Shown: positions 36,585 to 45,880, counted from the stretch's first letter. The stretch is DNA of 64,000 nt from an uncultured Nitrososphaerota archaeon (GCA_963718895.1 CAVRAG010000008.1:672001-736000), one strand, 5' to 3'. Translations and numbers: made by a program. The notes: generated by a model from the sequence alone, not told the origin.

Positions 36585-38353
36585 GCGCCCGGCCCGACGG
36601 CATCTTCGACGACATGGACGGGAAGTTCGACGCCAGGCTGAGGCGGGTCTTCCCATCCACGAAGACCGCGAAGAACGGAGACCAGGAGATCGTCGTCACC
36701 AACATCGTGGCAAACGTCGAAGCGAGGTTTGACTTCCAGACGCTGGAGCGGTTGTACTCACCGAACTTCGTCGCCATAGAGAGGCAGGGGAAGGGGGCGG
36801 GCAGCTACCTGATCTTCGAGGTCGTCGGGGTCAACCCCATGCACTTCCAGATGCTCGGGATGGACGTCTCGATGCCGACCCTCCTCCGGAGGGAGTACCT
36901 CGACACGATAAGCGAGAGCTGGGGCAGGTCGCAGGAGACGTGGATCGACATGGGGGCGATCCCGACGTGGTACTCGATGACCGTCGAGGGCGGGAAGGTG
37001 ACCTTCGACAAGTCGCGGGTCCTTCCCCTCGCGGGCGCCAAGGTCTATCTCCTCTCGAGGAAGACCGTCGAGGAGTTCCTGTGCGTCCCCAGGGGCGAGG
37101 TCGTGGGGACGATGCTAGGGTTCGAACTCCCTCTTACGATAAGTCTCGACAATCTGATCAGATATCATGCGGCCCTCTTTGGCTTCACCGGATCTGGAAA
37201 ATCCAACCTCACTAGCATTCTGTTACGAAAGGTCATGAGGTCCAGCCCCGACATCACGACGATAGTCCTCGATGTCTCCGGGGAGTACGCCACGCACCTC
37301 ATAGACCTGCTCGAGGAGGACGGCAGGATCCTCTCCTATGAGACCCTCGACGACCCCCAGCAGCTCTACAACTCGCAGGTGATACCCGAGAGCCTGGAGG
37401 GGACGGTCAGCGACGAGGCCATCCGGGGGATATTCTCCGGCCTGCTTTCTAAGAAACTCGTGCAGAGGCTCTCCTCCGGCACGGGCACATCGGCGCTCGA
37501 CCTTGCGGCATTGGAGCAGCTGCTAGTGACCACGGCGGACGACGGAAAGTCAGGGGCGGTGGCCGCCAGGATAGGGCTCGAGAAGCTGACGAGCAGGTTC
37601 TTCAGGGAGCTCAAGCTCCAGAGGAGCACCAAGCTCGCCGAGCTGGACGATGCCGCCAAGGCCGAGCTGCTCACCCTCATCGACGGCATAAAGGGGAAGG
37701 TGAACGATAGGACCTCCCTGTTCTCGGAGCTCAGCGCCATAGCGGAGTACATCGAGGAGCCGGTCCGGGCCGAAGCTGAGGGAGACGAGGACGAGCTGAC
37801 GCCGGAACGCCTGGCGTGGCAGGTCGTGAAAGAGGAAGCGCCGAGGCTCAACGTCCTCTACCTTCCCGACCCGAAGGAGGCGAGGATGGTCGCCAGCCGC
37901 CTGATCAACAGGCTTCTCTATCTGAGGAAGAAGCAGGGCAGCCGAAAGAAGGTGCTGATAGTCCTGGACGAAGCCCAGGAGTACATTCCTGGCGAGCCAC
38001 GGGAGAGAGATGGTACGATACAGTCGAACATCGCGGTCGAGGCACTGCTGAGACAGGGCAGGAAGTACAGGATCCATTGCTGGCTGGCAACGCAGAGGGT
38101 CGCACGCCTGAACGTCTCGGCGCTCCAGCAGGTCCACAGCTACTTTGTGAGCACCCTCCCGAGGTTCTACGACAGGATGGTGATCTCGGAGTCCTTCGCG
38201 CTGCCGCTCGAGGTGCTGGAAAGGACGGCGCAGCTGGACACCGGGGAGTGGATCTTCGTCTCCTACAAGGCGACGAAGCGCAAGAACGTCCCAGTCTTTC
38301 TCAGGACGGAGGACAACGAGAAGGTGATAGCAGCCTTTCTGAAGGACAGATAG
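36581..38353 (+). CDS. herA: HerA/FtsK-superfamily ATPase (DUF87) with N-terminal barrel domain
   Basis: Walker A GFTGSGKS, DVSGEY, Walker B VLDEAQ, RQGRKY and ATQR motifs. Confidence 0.88.
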   Translation: MSARPDGIFDDMDGKFDARLRRVFPSTKTAKNGDQEIVVTNIVANVEARFDFQTLERLYSPNFVAIERQGKGAGSYLIFEVVGVNPMHFQMLGMDVSMPTLLRREYLDTISESWGRSQETWIDMGAIPTWYSMTVEGGKVTFDKSRVLPLAGAKVYLLSRKTVEEFLCVPRGEVVGTMLGFELPLTISLDNLIRYHAALFGFTGSGKSNLTSILLRKVMRSSPDITTIVLDVSGEYATHLIDLLEEDGRILSYETLDDPQQLYNSQVIPESLEGTVSDEAIRGIFSGLLSKKLVQRLSSGTGTSALDLAALEQLLVTTADDGKSGAVAARIGLEKLTSRFFRELKLQRSTKLAELDDAAKAELLTLIDGIKGKVNDRTSLFSELSAIAEYIEEPVRAEAEGDEDELTPERLAWQVVKEEAPRLNVLYLPDPKEARMVASRLINRLLYLRKKQGSRKKVLIVLDEAQEYIPGEPRERDGTIQSNIAVEALLRQGRKYRIHCWLATQRVARLNVSALQQVHSYFVSTLPRFYDRMVISESFALPLEVLERTAQLDTGEWIFVSYKATKRKNVPVFLRTEDNEKVIAAFLKDR

Positions 38354-38492
38354 GCAGGCGGCCCATCAAGAGCTTTTCCGAACTTAAGTTCGTGCGATCG
38401 GCGCAAGCTGCGCCCCTGTTCGACACCAGGCGTATTGACATCCCGTCGAAGAATAGCTTAATAGTTGACGATGGAGCGGGCCCAGTTCACCT

Positions 38493-39866
38493 ATGACAAG
38501 AGTTGGAATAGAGGCACTTTACGTTTATTCGCCCGGATACTACGTCGACAACGCGGAGCTTGCGGTGGCGAGGGGCAAGGAGCCGAGGCACTTCACCGAG
38601 GGCGTGGGGATCAAAGCCTTCGCGGTGCCGCCGCCCAACGAAGACCAGGCGAGCATGGCCGCGACCGCCGCGCACCGGCTGATGGATGCCTACGGGATCT
38701 CGCCTTCGGACATCTTCAGGATAGACACCCCGACCGAGAGCGCCTTGGACTCGTCGAGGGCCCTGGTCTCCGACGTGGTCGGGATGCTGGAACAGGCCTA
38801 CGGGAAGGGTAGTCTATCCCACGTCCTCGGTTACGAGCAGAAGTTCGCCTGCGTGAGCGGGATGGAGAGATACATGGACACGTCCGCCTGGTTCGCGGCC
38901 AAGTGGAACCTGAGGAAGTATGCGCTCATCCTCGCCACGGACGTCGCAAAGTACAATCTGAACAGCGGGGAGGAGCCGACCCAGGGAGCGGCCGCGGCCG
39001 CTCTGCTCATCGGGAACGACGCGAGGGTCCTCGAGATTGTGCCTGGACAGATAGGTTCCGCCCTGAGGCACGAGATGAGGGACTTCAAGAAACCGGGAGC
39101 CAGGACCATCGCGATGGTCGACGGAGCGGTCTCCTACGCCTCCTACCTCACCGAGATGAAGGAGGCCTGGCTGAACTACCAGTCGGCGATTGCCCAGGCC
39201 GGGCTGATAAGGCCAAAGCCGGACCAGTCGACACTGGACTTCATCGACAGGGCGATCTACCACAACCCGCACAAGAAGATGGTGATATCCGCCTACGCCT
39301 CCCTCCTTATCCACGAGTGGAGGGACCTTCCCCGCTGGAAGAAGATCGAGGAGGAGATAGGGCCGGAGCCATCCCGCGCTGGGATGGGCGACCTCGAGTA
39401 CTACATGAGCGAGGGATACAAGGACTACAGGCGGAAGTTCATGAAGGCGCCTCAGTTCGCCAGCGACTTCGAGGAGCACATCGGAAGCTCACTGATCGCG
39501 CCTGACCTCATAGGGAACTCGTACTCCGTCTCGGTCTTCGTGGGGCTCGACAGCCTCCTCGAGAACGACAAGGAGGACCTGACCGGGAAGACGGTCGTCC
39601 TGTGCGGGTACGGGAGCGGGAGCCACGCCGTGATCCTCGGGAACAGGATTCCCGAAGGGTACAGGGAGGTCTCCAAGAGGCTTGACTTGATGCAGTTACT
39701 TGGGGCCAGAAGGAAGCTCAGCATCGAGGAGTACGAGCGGATCCATCGGGGGGAGATCAAACCGGAGGAGTGGGCGGCCGGCACGGGAAAGAAGTTCCTT
39801 TTGAACAGCATAGGGAAGAAGGAGACGCCCTCCGAGGGCGACAGAGAGTACACGCTCGTGGGCTAG
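38493..39866 (+). CDS. Hydroxymethylglutaryl-CoA synthase (long form)
   Basis: TES, KFAC (catalytic Cys), DVAKY..GEEPTQGAAA, YHNP, GNSY and YGSG motifs. Confidence 0.9.
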   Translation: MTRVGIEALYVYSPGYYVDNAELAVARGKEPRHFTEGVGIKAFAVPPPNEDQASMAATAAHRLMDAYGISPSDIFRIDTPTESALDSSRALVSDVVGMLEQAYGKGSLSHVLGYEQKFACVSGMERYMDTSAWFAAKWNLRKYALILATDVAKYNLNSGEEPTQGAAAAALLIGNDARVLEIVPGQIGSALRHEMRDFKKPGARTIAMVDGAVSYASYLTEMKEAWLNYQSAIAQAGLIRPKPDQSTLDFIDRAIYHNPHKKMVISAYASLLIHEWRDLPRWKKIEEEIGPEPSRAGMGDLEYYMSEGYKDYRRKFMKAPQFASDFEEHIGSSLIAPDLIGNSYSVSVFVGLDSLLENDKEDLTGKTVVLCGYGSGSHAVILGNRIPEGYREVSKRLDLMQLLGARRKLSIEEYERIHRGEIKPEEWAAGTGKKFLLNSIGKKETPSEGDREYTLVG

Positions 39867-39943
39867 TGCTCTCGTTAGCATCCCGAACCCGGTGGCGGTT
39901 CATGATATGCAGGGAATTCGTGCCTAGTCCCGGCTCTTGAGGT

Positions 39944-40600
39944 CTACTGGGCTACTGAGGGCGACGGATGCGGAGGCGGTATGTCCATCGGAGTCGGCGG
40001 GGGTTCCAGGGAGGTGTCGTCGGGCATCGAGAAGAAGGCTACGACTATCAGGATGTCTGCTACGAAGAGGACGGCAAGCCCTACCACGACTATGGTGAGG
40101 GCAGCACCGATGAGATAGACGAGCGCGGCGGTAGCGAACATCTTCACGTTCAGCCTCGTGGAGACCTTGGTGAAGGCCCTCCTCAGGAAGATGGCCGATG
40201 GGATGAGGAAGACCCAGATCAGGACCAGCCCGACAACAGCGCCCACAACCAGGGGTCCGAGGCCCACGACGTTGCCCGAGGCGAACGATGTCCTGTTGAG
40301 GCTGCGCAGGGCTGCGAGCCCAGACGATGAGTCCCACCCGTTCTGGTGGACGAACCGCAGGGCGCTCGCAATTACGACCAGCACCCCGATGACAATGCCC
40401 ACTATTGCGAGGACGACGGCGATCATCATGTCCCTGAATATCGACCTGTCCTTGACGACGTCGGCGATGTTGCTCACCGCGATGAGCACCAGGATCCACC
40501 CGACTATGGCGAGGAGCGTCCCCCAGGGCTGGAAGACGAAGAGCAAAATCATGAGTGAGCCGATGCCACCGAAGGTACGGGCCGTGGACAGCGAGCCCAA
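39944..40600 (-). CDS. DUF996-family membrane protein
   Basis: ARTFGGIGSL, LAIVGWILVLIAV and GAALTIVVVG motifs; probable TTG start at 40600. Confidence 0.8.
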   Translation of the reverse strand: MGSLSTARTFGGIGSLMILLFVFQPWGTLLAIVGWILVLIAVSNIADVVKDRSIFRDMMIAVVLAIVGIVIGVLVVIASALRFVHQNGWDSSSGLAALRSLNRTSFASGNVVGLGPLVVGAVVGLVLIWVFLIPSAIFLRRAFTKVSTRLNVKMFATAALVYLIGAALTIVVVGLAVLFVADILIVVAFFSMPDDTSLEPPPTPMDIPPPHPSPSVAQ

Positions 40601-40653
40601 GTCACTTGCGCCCTTCGAATATCTGCTAATAAGCGCGGCGCGTGCTAAAACCG

Positions 40654-41259
40654 TCAGAGGCGTCGCTGGGTCTTTCCCTCGGTGATGACGTAGAGATGGT
40701 CCGCGAGCGTGCCCTCCGGCTCCTCCTGGGTCGTGAAGATCACATCTACCTCCGACTCGGACGCGAGCTTCCGGTAGGCCGTGATGAAGGCTTCCCTGTC
40801 GTGGATGTTGGTGAAGGCCTCGTCGACCAGGATGGCATTGGGAGAGGCGAGCAGGGCGGTAGCCAGCGAGACCCTCTCCCTCATCCCCAGGCTGAGGTCT
40901 CTTGCTCGGCCGCCGAAGTCGATCCCGAGGTCCGCCTTCACCCTGGAGACCCGCCCCTCGTCCAGTCGGACCTTCCGGAGCGTGGCACCCCACCTGAGAT
41001 GAGAGTCCACTGAGAGATGGGGGATCGAGGAACCTGGGGTCACCATCACGACGCCTCTTCTCTCGACAGGTTGCCGGGTCACATCCTTCCCGCCGATCTT
41101 CACAAATCCCCGGTCGATTGACAGCTGCCCCGCTATCGTCCTGAGGAAGCAGGTCTTTCCGGAGCCGTTCTTTCCCGTCAGACAGATGAACCCTGCGTCA
41201 GTGAGCTCGGCGGACAAGGAGAAGGCCCCCAGCTTGCGCCTGACATTCGCCTCTATCAT
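40654..41259 (-). CDS. wtpC: Molybdate/tungstate ABC transporter ATPase
   Basis: GKNGSGKT, LSLGM and LVDE motifs; operon context. Confidence 0.8.
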   Translation of the reverse strand: MIEANVRRKLGAFSLSAELTDAGFICLTGKNGSGKTCFLRTIAGQLSIDRGFVKIGGKDVTRQPVERRGVVMVTPGSSIPHLSVDSHLRWGATLRKVRLDEGRVSRVKADLGIDFGGRARDLSLGMRERVSLATALLASPNAILVDEAFTNIHDREAFITAYRKLASESEVDVIFTTQEEPEGTLADHLYVITEGKTQRRL

Positions 41260-42041
41260 GTGCGACGCCCCCTCCTCCTGACGAAGTGGCCCGCCAGGGC
41301 TATCGGCAGGGCGACGAGGATCATGGCAGCCGAAGCGGTCACTGCGGCGTAGAGGCCCCCCGACATCGCGCCGCTGTAGAGCTCGAAGATCGTCACCGAC
41401 GCAGAGCTCACGCCGTAGAACGGGTACTGAAGCACGTAGAAGGCGATTATGGAGATCGACCCGAACTCGCTCAGCGCCCGGCTCATCGAAATCAGAGAAG
41501 CGCTCGTCAGCCCATCGAACGAATCCGGGAGCACGACGGAGAAGAGAGTCCGGAGCCGGGACGCACCGAGGCCCATCGCGAAGTCCTCTGCTGAAGGGTC
41601 TTTGGACTCAAAGTACGGCTGTATGGCCTTGACGTAGATCGGGGCAGACATTATCACCAGCGCGGCGACGAGCCCGAGTATGGTGTTGTAGAAGTTGATG
41701 TGGAGACCCAGGAGGAACTTCCCTGTCGGAGTGATAGGGCTGTCGAGGATGAGGAGCGCCACCCCGATGATCGGGTGGGGGACGCTGATTGGGATGTCCA
41801 CGAGCGACTCTGCGAGGCGGTCCTCCCCCCTCGCCAAGTAGTAGGCGAGCGGCGTGAACAGGAGGATATCGACCGCAACCGCCAGCGCAGAGGAGAGGAG
41901 CGAGAGCTCGATCGAGCGAAAGACGGCGTCGCTGTAGCCGGCTGGGTTGCGGAATGGACCGAGGCCGTAGTAGAGGAGGACGACGATGGGAACGAGGAGG
42001 AGGACCAGTGCACCGATGGAGATGGCCCTAAGCCAGTTCAT
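41256..42041 (-). CDS. wtpB: Molybdate/tungstate ABC transporter permease
   Basis: TPLAYYLAR, VDIPISVPH, LGAS and RALSEFG motifs. Confidence 0.85.
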   Translation of the reverse strand: MNWLRAISIGALVLLLVPIVVLLYYGLGPFRNPAGYSDAVFRSIELSLLSSALAVAVDILLFTPLAYYLARGEDRLAESLVDIPISVPHPIIGVALLILDSPITPTGKFLLGLHINFYNTILGLVAALVIMSAPIYVKAIQPYFESKDPSAEDFAMGLGASRLRTLFSVVLPDSFDGLTSASLISMSRALSEFGSISIIAFYVLQYPFYGVSSASVTIFELYSGAMSGGLYAAVTASAAMILVALPIALAGHFVRRRGRRT

Positions 42042-42075
42042 CTTTGGTGCGCCAGTACCTGTCGGGTGGGGCCCG

Positions 42076-43305
42076 CTATATAGGCCCTGCCGCCACCAGC
42101 GTCCGCTGCGTGAGCAGGGCCTGTATCGCCGGTGGCAGCGTCTGTGGTGCAGCTACGCTGCTGTACAGGAGTAGGGGTGTGGGGATCACGAGCCCGTAGG
42201 ATGAGAGGCTCGCGGCGTTCTTGACAACGTATTGCACGAACTGTATCGCCTCTGCGGTGTTGACGCTGCTCAGGGGCACCGTGATGCAGAGGACTATGGC
42301 AGCTCCAACGTTCTTCGTGGTACCGGCCGTGTAGGTGAAGTTGGAGTAGAATGCGTTCAGGCTTGCACTCGACAGGTTCACGTGGGAGTTCAGGGTAAGG
42401 TAGCCCACGCCGTCCCCAATCGCTGCGGACCTGTAGATGAAGAGGAACTGAATCTGCCCAGACTGGAGAGGGGCGACGAGCGCAGCCGCGCTAGCCGCTG
42501 TTACGTTACCTCCGGACTTGAGGAGGGGTGAGGCGTAGGCCTGCTGATTGCCGCCGGAGTAGACATAGCCTGCCGCCTCGAGTACCAGCCACGCTCTATA
42601 CCCCGCGGGGTCGGCGGAGGGGTTCGAGATTCCGACCTTGACGCCACCGGAGGTCAGTGCCGTGAAGAAGGCGTTCCAGTCGGAGGTCGCGTTGGACTTG
42701 ATCGCCGTCTGGTCCTGGGTTATGATGGCGGATGCCGCCGAGTTGGTGAGGGTGGCGTTCGAGTAGGCCAAGACCATCTGATCAGCCGCGAATCCTATGG
42801 CCCAGTTGGAGGAGAGAGTCCCAAGGTGCGCTGGCGCCGTCGCAGAGAGGGATGCCGAGACGAATATGTCGTCCGGGGCGCCCGCCACTATCGCGCTCGC
42901 GTCAGCGTTCGAACCTCCCGAGATGACGGGAGCTACTGGGATCCCGGTAGTCTTCGAGAAGCCAGCCAGAAGGGCCGTGGTCTCAGTCGAGTAGGCATCG
43001 GCCGAGTAGGAGATGACCGGAGCGAGGACGAATGAAGTCGTAGTGACTGTGTTAGTGTTCGTGATGGTGTTCGTGTTGGTCTGAGTGTTAGTGATCGTGT
43101 TCGTTACTGTTCCTGTTACCGCCAGTGTGAGCGTAGAAGTTACCGTTGTAGGGCTCTCAGTTATTGTTGTAGGGACAGAGACCGTCGTCGTCTGTCCAGA
43201 CACCGTCACGACTTCGTATGCAGAGATAATCAGGACAACTGCTACCACGACGGCGGCTATTCCAACCGCCGACGAGATTCCATTTCTTGGGTTGCTCGGA
43301 GACAT
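42076..43305 (-). CDS. wtpA: WtpA/ModA-type substrate-binding protein with N-terminal anchor and Thr-rich linker
   Basis: GGS, DIFVSA, QMVLAY, SNPSADPAGYR and FIYRS motifs. Confidence 0.82.
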   Translation of the reverse strand: MSPSNPRNGISSAVGIAAVVVAVVLIISAYEVVTVSGQTTTVSVPTTITESPTTVTSTLTLAVTGTVTNTITNTQTNTNTITNTNTVTTTSFVLAPVISYSADAYSTETTALLAGFSKTTGIPVAPVISGGSNADASAIVAGAPDDIFVSASLSATAPAHLGTLSSNWAIGFAADQMVLAYSNATLTNSAASAIITQDQTAIKSNATSDWNAFFTALTSGGVKVGISNPSADPAGYRAWLVLEAAGYVYSGGNQQAYASPLLKSGGNVTAASAAALVAPLQSGQIQFLFIYRSAAIGDGVGYLTLNSHVNLSSASLNAFYSNFTYTAGTTKNVGAAIVLCITVPLSSVNTAEAIQFVQYVVKNAASLSSYGLVIPTPLLLYSSVAAPQTLPPAIQALLTQRTLVAAGPI

Positions 43306-43306
43306 G

Positions 43307-43334
43307 AGCGTTATGCAGGGATTCGCATAACGCT
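43307..43334. promoter_or_regulatory. ModE-type operator AGCGTTATGC-N8-GCATAACGCT
   Basis: Perfect 10-bp arms between the TATA-like element and the wtpA ATG; resembles the bacterial ModE box CGTTAT..N..ATAACG. Confidence 0.85.
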
Positions 43335-43393
43335 ATTTATGTGTTTGGAGTGGGCCTGCCTCGGCCACCATCCCAGGGAAGTGTGAGGACGAC

Positions 43394-43603
43394 TCAGTCC
43401 TTGGCGATTATGACTTCGGTGGACTTGATGACCACCGACACCTTGTCGCCGGGCTTCAGCTTGAGCTCCTCCACCGCCTCCTTTGTGATCATGGAGGTTA
43501 TGGTGAACGGGTCATTGACATCCACCTTTACCACCGATGCGACTGCTCCTTTCTCGACTGCGCTTACTGTCCCGGTAATCTTGTTTCGTGCACTGAGTTT
43601 CAT
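43394..43603 (-). CDS. Molbindin/Mop (TOBE-domain molybdate-binding protein)
   Basis: MKLSARNKITG...TSMITKEAVEELKLKPGDKV..IKST. Confidence 0.92.
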   Translation of the reverse strand: MKLSARNKITGTVSAVEKGAVASVVKVDVNDPFTITSMITKEAVEELKLKPGDKVSVVIKSTEVIIAKD

Positions 43604-43639
43604 TTCGACTTCAATGCGCAGCCTGGTTTTGGCAATATA

Positions 43640-43667
43640 AGCGTTATGCATTGACTTGCGATTCGGT
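43640..43667. promoter_or_regulatory. Second, degenerate ModE-type site upstream of the mop TATA box
   Basis: Identical half-site AGCGTTATGC at 43640-43649; the other arm is only partly conserved. Confidence 0.55.
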
Positions 43668-43764
43668 CTTCAGTTGGGAACCAAGCATCGAATGAGTTCA
43701 GCGAGAACAAGGTTAAGGTCAGACTCAAGACTTAAAGTCAAGCCTCGAGCAAAATCGACACGAG

Positions 43765-44352
43765 ATGGGAACCGCCCGTAAGCCGAACTTGCAGCCCTCA
43801 TTCCGTCTTTCTCTTGAAGAGGGCAAGAATGTGGTCCTGGATCAGACAGACGCGCTTCTTCTCCGGCGGATTTCAGAGACCTCGTCTCTCACGGAGGGCG
43901 CCAAACTCGCCGACATATCATACCGAAACGCCTGGGACAGGATAAAGGCGATTGAGTCGAATCTTGACTTGAAGATCGTCGAGACGAAGGTCGGGGGAGC
44001 GACCGGGGGTGGCGCAACTCTGACGGCTGAGGGCATTTCCCTCCTGCATGATTTCCGCAAGGTGCGAAAGTATCTCCTCGACGCGCTCGACGAGCCGGAG
44101 TACATGGCCCACGCCAGCTACAAGTTGAGCGCAAGGAACAGGCTCAGGGTCCAGATAACGGACGTTCAGAAGGGCGAGGTGACCGCATCCATCAAGATGA
44201 AGGTGACCACCCCGGCCACGCTCACATCGATAATATCGAGGGAGGCAGTGGAAGACCTCGACCTGAAGGCCGGCGACGAAGTGGTGGCCATAATCAAGTC
44301 CACCGAGGTAATCATCGCAAAGGAGACCTCGGCTCGAAAGCGCGCGACCTGA
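43765..44352 (+). CDS. modE: ModE-family regulator (wHTH plus one TOBE domain)
   Basis: LLRRISETSSL..GAKLADISYRNAW, GGATGGGATLT, then LSARN TOBE domain. Confidence 0.9.
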   Translation: MGTARKPNLQPSFRLSLEEGKNVVLDQTDALLLRRISETSSLTEGAKLADISYRNAWDRIKAIESNLDLKIVETKVGGATGGGATLTAEGISLLHDFRKVRKYLLDALDEPEYMAHASYKLSARNRLRVQITDVQKGEVTASIKMKVTTPATLTSIISREAVEDLDLKAGDEVVAIIKSTEVIIAKETSARKRAT

Positions 44353-44384
44353 CCCACTCAGGACGCCTTTCGGAAGCTCTCCGC

Positions 44385-44717
44385 CTACTTCAGAGCTGCG
44401 TCTATCTTCTGCTTGTACATTGCCGCAGGACCGGCGCCCACCGTGGTCGAGTTGACCTGCCCGTTCTTGAAGACGATTATCGTTGGGATGCTCATGATCC
44501 CGAACTTCTGTGCTATCTCAGGGCTCTCGTCGGTGTTAATCTTGGCGAACTTAGCCCTGCCCGCGTACTCCTTCGAGAGAGCTTCGATTATCGGTGAGAC
44601 CATCCTGCAGGGGCCGCACCAGTCGGCGTAGAAATCCACCACTGTTGGTATCTCCGAGTGCAGAACCTCCTTCTCAAATTCCTCGCTATGCAGATGTAGC
44701 ATTGTCTTGCTTTCCAA
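44385..44717 (-). CDS. trxA: Thioredoxin
   Basis: DFYADWCGPC and SIPT motifs. Confidence 0.95.
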   Translation of the reverse strand: MESKTMLHLHSEEFEKEVLHSEIPTVVDFYADWCGPCRMVSPIIEALSKEYAGRAKFAKINTDESPEIAQKFGIMSIPTIIVFKNGQVNSTTVGAGPAAMYKQKIDAALK

Positions 44718-44782
44718 AGTAGCTCAGCTGAGGAATTGGTGTTCTTTCGCGTATATGAGGGTTGTTGTGGCCGCCGACGGGG

Positions 44783-45181
44783 CTAGAGCCCGAAGCGGGG
44801 AGAGGCTTCCTTGTCGTGCTTCTTGAGCTCGGCGAGGACGGCTTCCTTGTCGGATTCTTCGGTCACTTGCTTGTAGAGGAGCCCCTTCACCTCGCCACCC
44901 TCCCTGAACGTGTCGATGTACCACCCGCAGACGAGCCACTCGTGCGGACTCTTCTTGTTTCGCAGGATCGTTATCGCGTTGTGGGGGTTTGGATGATAGA
45001 CGTGGAACGGGACGATCTCGTACTGTTCTTTGACGCCCGTGGGTACGAGCTGGGCACCCGGGGGTACCGACTCGATGCCTCCGGACCTGAAGCTCCTCTT
45101 CGGCGGACGGGTGCCGTAGGCGTGGCTCAATCGCTCTCTCTCGGAGGGGAAAGTCGGAAGATTGTAAACGTTCCTCCTCAC
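44783..45181 (-). CDS. Hypothetical protein
   Basis: ORF with host-like codon usage; a possible GTG start overlaps the stop of the upstream HTH gene. Confidence 0.55.
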   Translation of the reverse strand: MRRNVYNLPTFPSERERLSHAYGTRPPKRSFRSGGIESVPPGAQLVPTGVKEQYEIVPFHVYHPNPHNAITILRNKKSPHEWLVCGWYIDTFREGGEVKGLLYKQVTEESDKEAVLAELKKHDKEASPRFGL

Positions 45182-45480
45182 TCCTTGAATCCGAGCTTGC
45201 CGCAAATCTGCTCGAAGATGTCGATATGGGCTTCGAACCACGGATTGAGCGAGTAGATGGTCCCGTACTTCTCCCCGGACGAGACGAGGAGCGAGTTGTT
45301 AACGAGGATGCGGACGTGGTGCTGGATGGCCTTGTACTGCAGACCGAGGTCGCCCGCAAGCTGGTTCATGTTGCTCGGCTTGGTCCGCAGCCTCCGGATT
45401 ATTCGGGCCCGGTTCTCTCCTCCGCGGCTGCCTCCAAGCAGGAAGAGGAGCAGCCTGCGAAAATCCGGGTCGTCGGACAT
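45178..45480 (-). CDS. Winged-helix (ArsR-like) transcription regulator
   Basis: LLGGSRGGENRARII...NMNQLA..LGLQYKAIQHH...GEKYG motif. Confidence 0.85.
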   Translation of the reverse strand: MSDDPDFRRLLLFLLGGSRGGENRARIIRRLRTKPSNMNQLAGDLGLQYKAIQHHVRILVNNSLLVSSGEKYGTIYSLNPWFEAHIDIFEQICGKLGFKE

Positions 45481-45572
45481 TCGTCCTGAACTCCACCGGA
45501 CGGTATTTATCACTTGAGAACCTGCAATTGGAAAAAGAGTTAAACGAGCCACGGTCTCGGCCGAAGTAAGAC

Positions 45573-45854
45573 ATGGAGCTTCTGATACTGGTCGCCACAC
45601 TTTTCGCGACCTTCAACGTCATCCTGCTCCTTGGACTCATCTATCTCTACGCCCGGATTCTGAAGAAGACGCGGGCGAACTACTCAGCCGGGCTTCTGAT
45701 TTTCGCGGTACTCCTCCTCTTCCACAACATCGTCACCCTTTTCGGCTACGCCGTGATGGGAGGCCTCTTCAACGACCAGCTCTACCCGGTCCTGGTTGCG
45801 ATAACGGTCTGCGAGTTCGGCGGTCTTCTTGCCCTGCTCAAAGTCACAGTTTAG
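45573..45854 (+). CDS. Small membrane protein (about 3 TMs)
   Basis: Hydrophobic 93-aa ORF divergent from the HTH regulator. Confidence 0.7.
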   Translation: MELLILVATLFATFNVILLLGLIYLYARILKKTRANYSAGLLIFAVLLLFHNIVTLFGYAVMGGLFNDQLYPVLVAITVCEFGGLLALLKVTV

Positions 45855-45880
45855 ATATGAGGACCCTGTGAGTCGCCGCC

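Noticed and set aside
38493-39866. Long HMG-CoA synthase without an adjacent thiolase or DUF35 gene as an anomaly
   Set aside because: Long stand-alone forms are known in some archaeal lineages such as haloarchaea, so this is not unusual on its own.
39878-39895. CATCCCGAACCCGG resembles a conserved 5S rRNA loop
   Set aside because: Only a short match in a 77-bp intergenic gap; the rest of the 5S structure is absent.
39944-40993. 349-aa ORF fusing DUF996 to an N-terminal extension
   Set aside because: The extension overlaps wtpC in another frame; the real start is probably TTG at 40600.
43030-43200. Low-complexity, repeat-like tract (GTGTT/GTTAGT units)
   Set aside because: It encodes the Thr/Asn-rich linker of the binding protein; not a CRISPR array or DNA repeat element.
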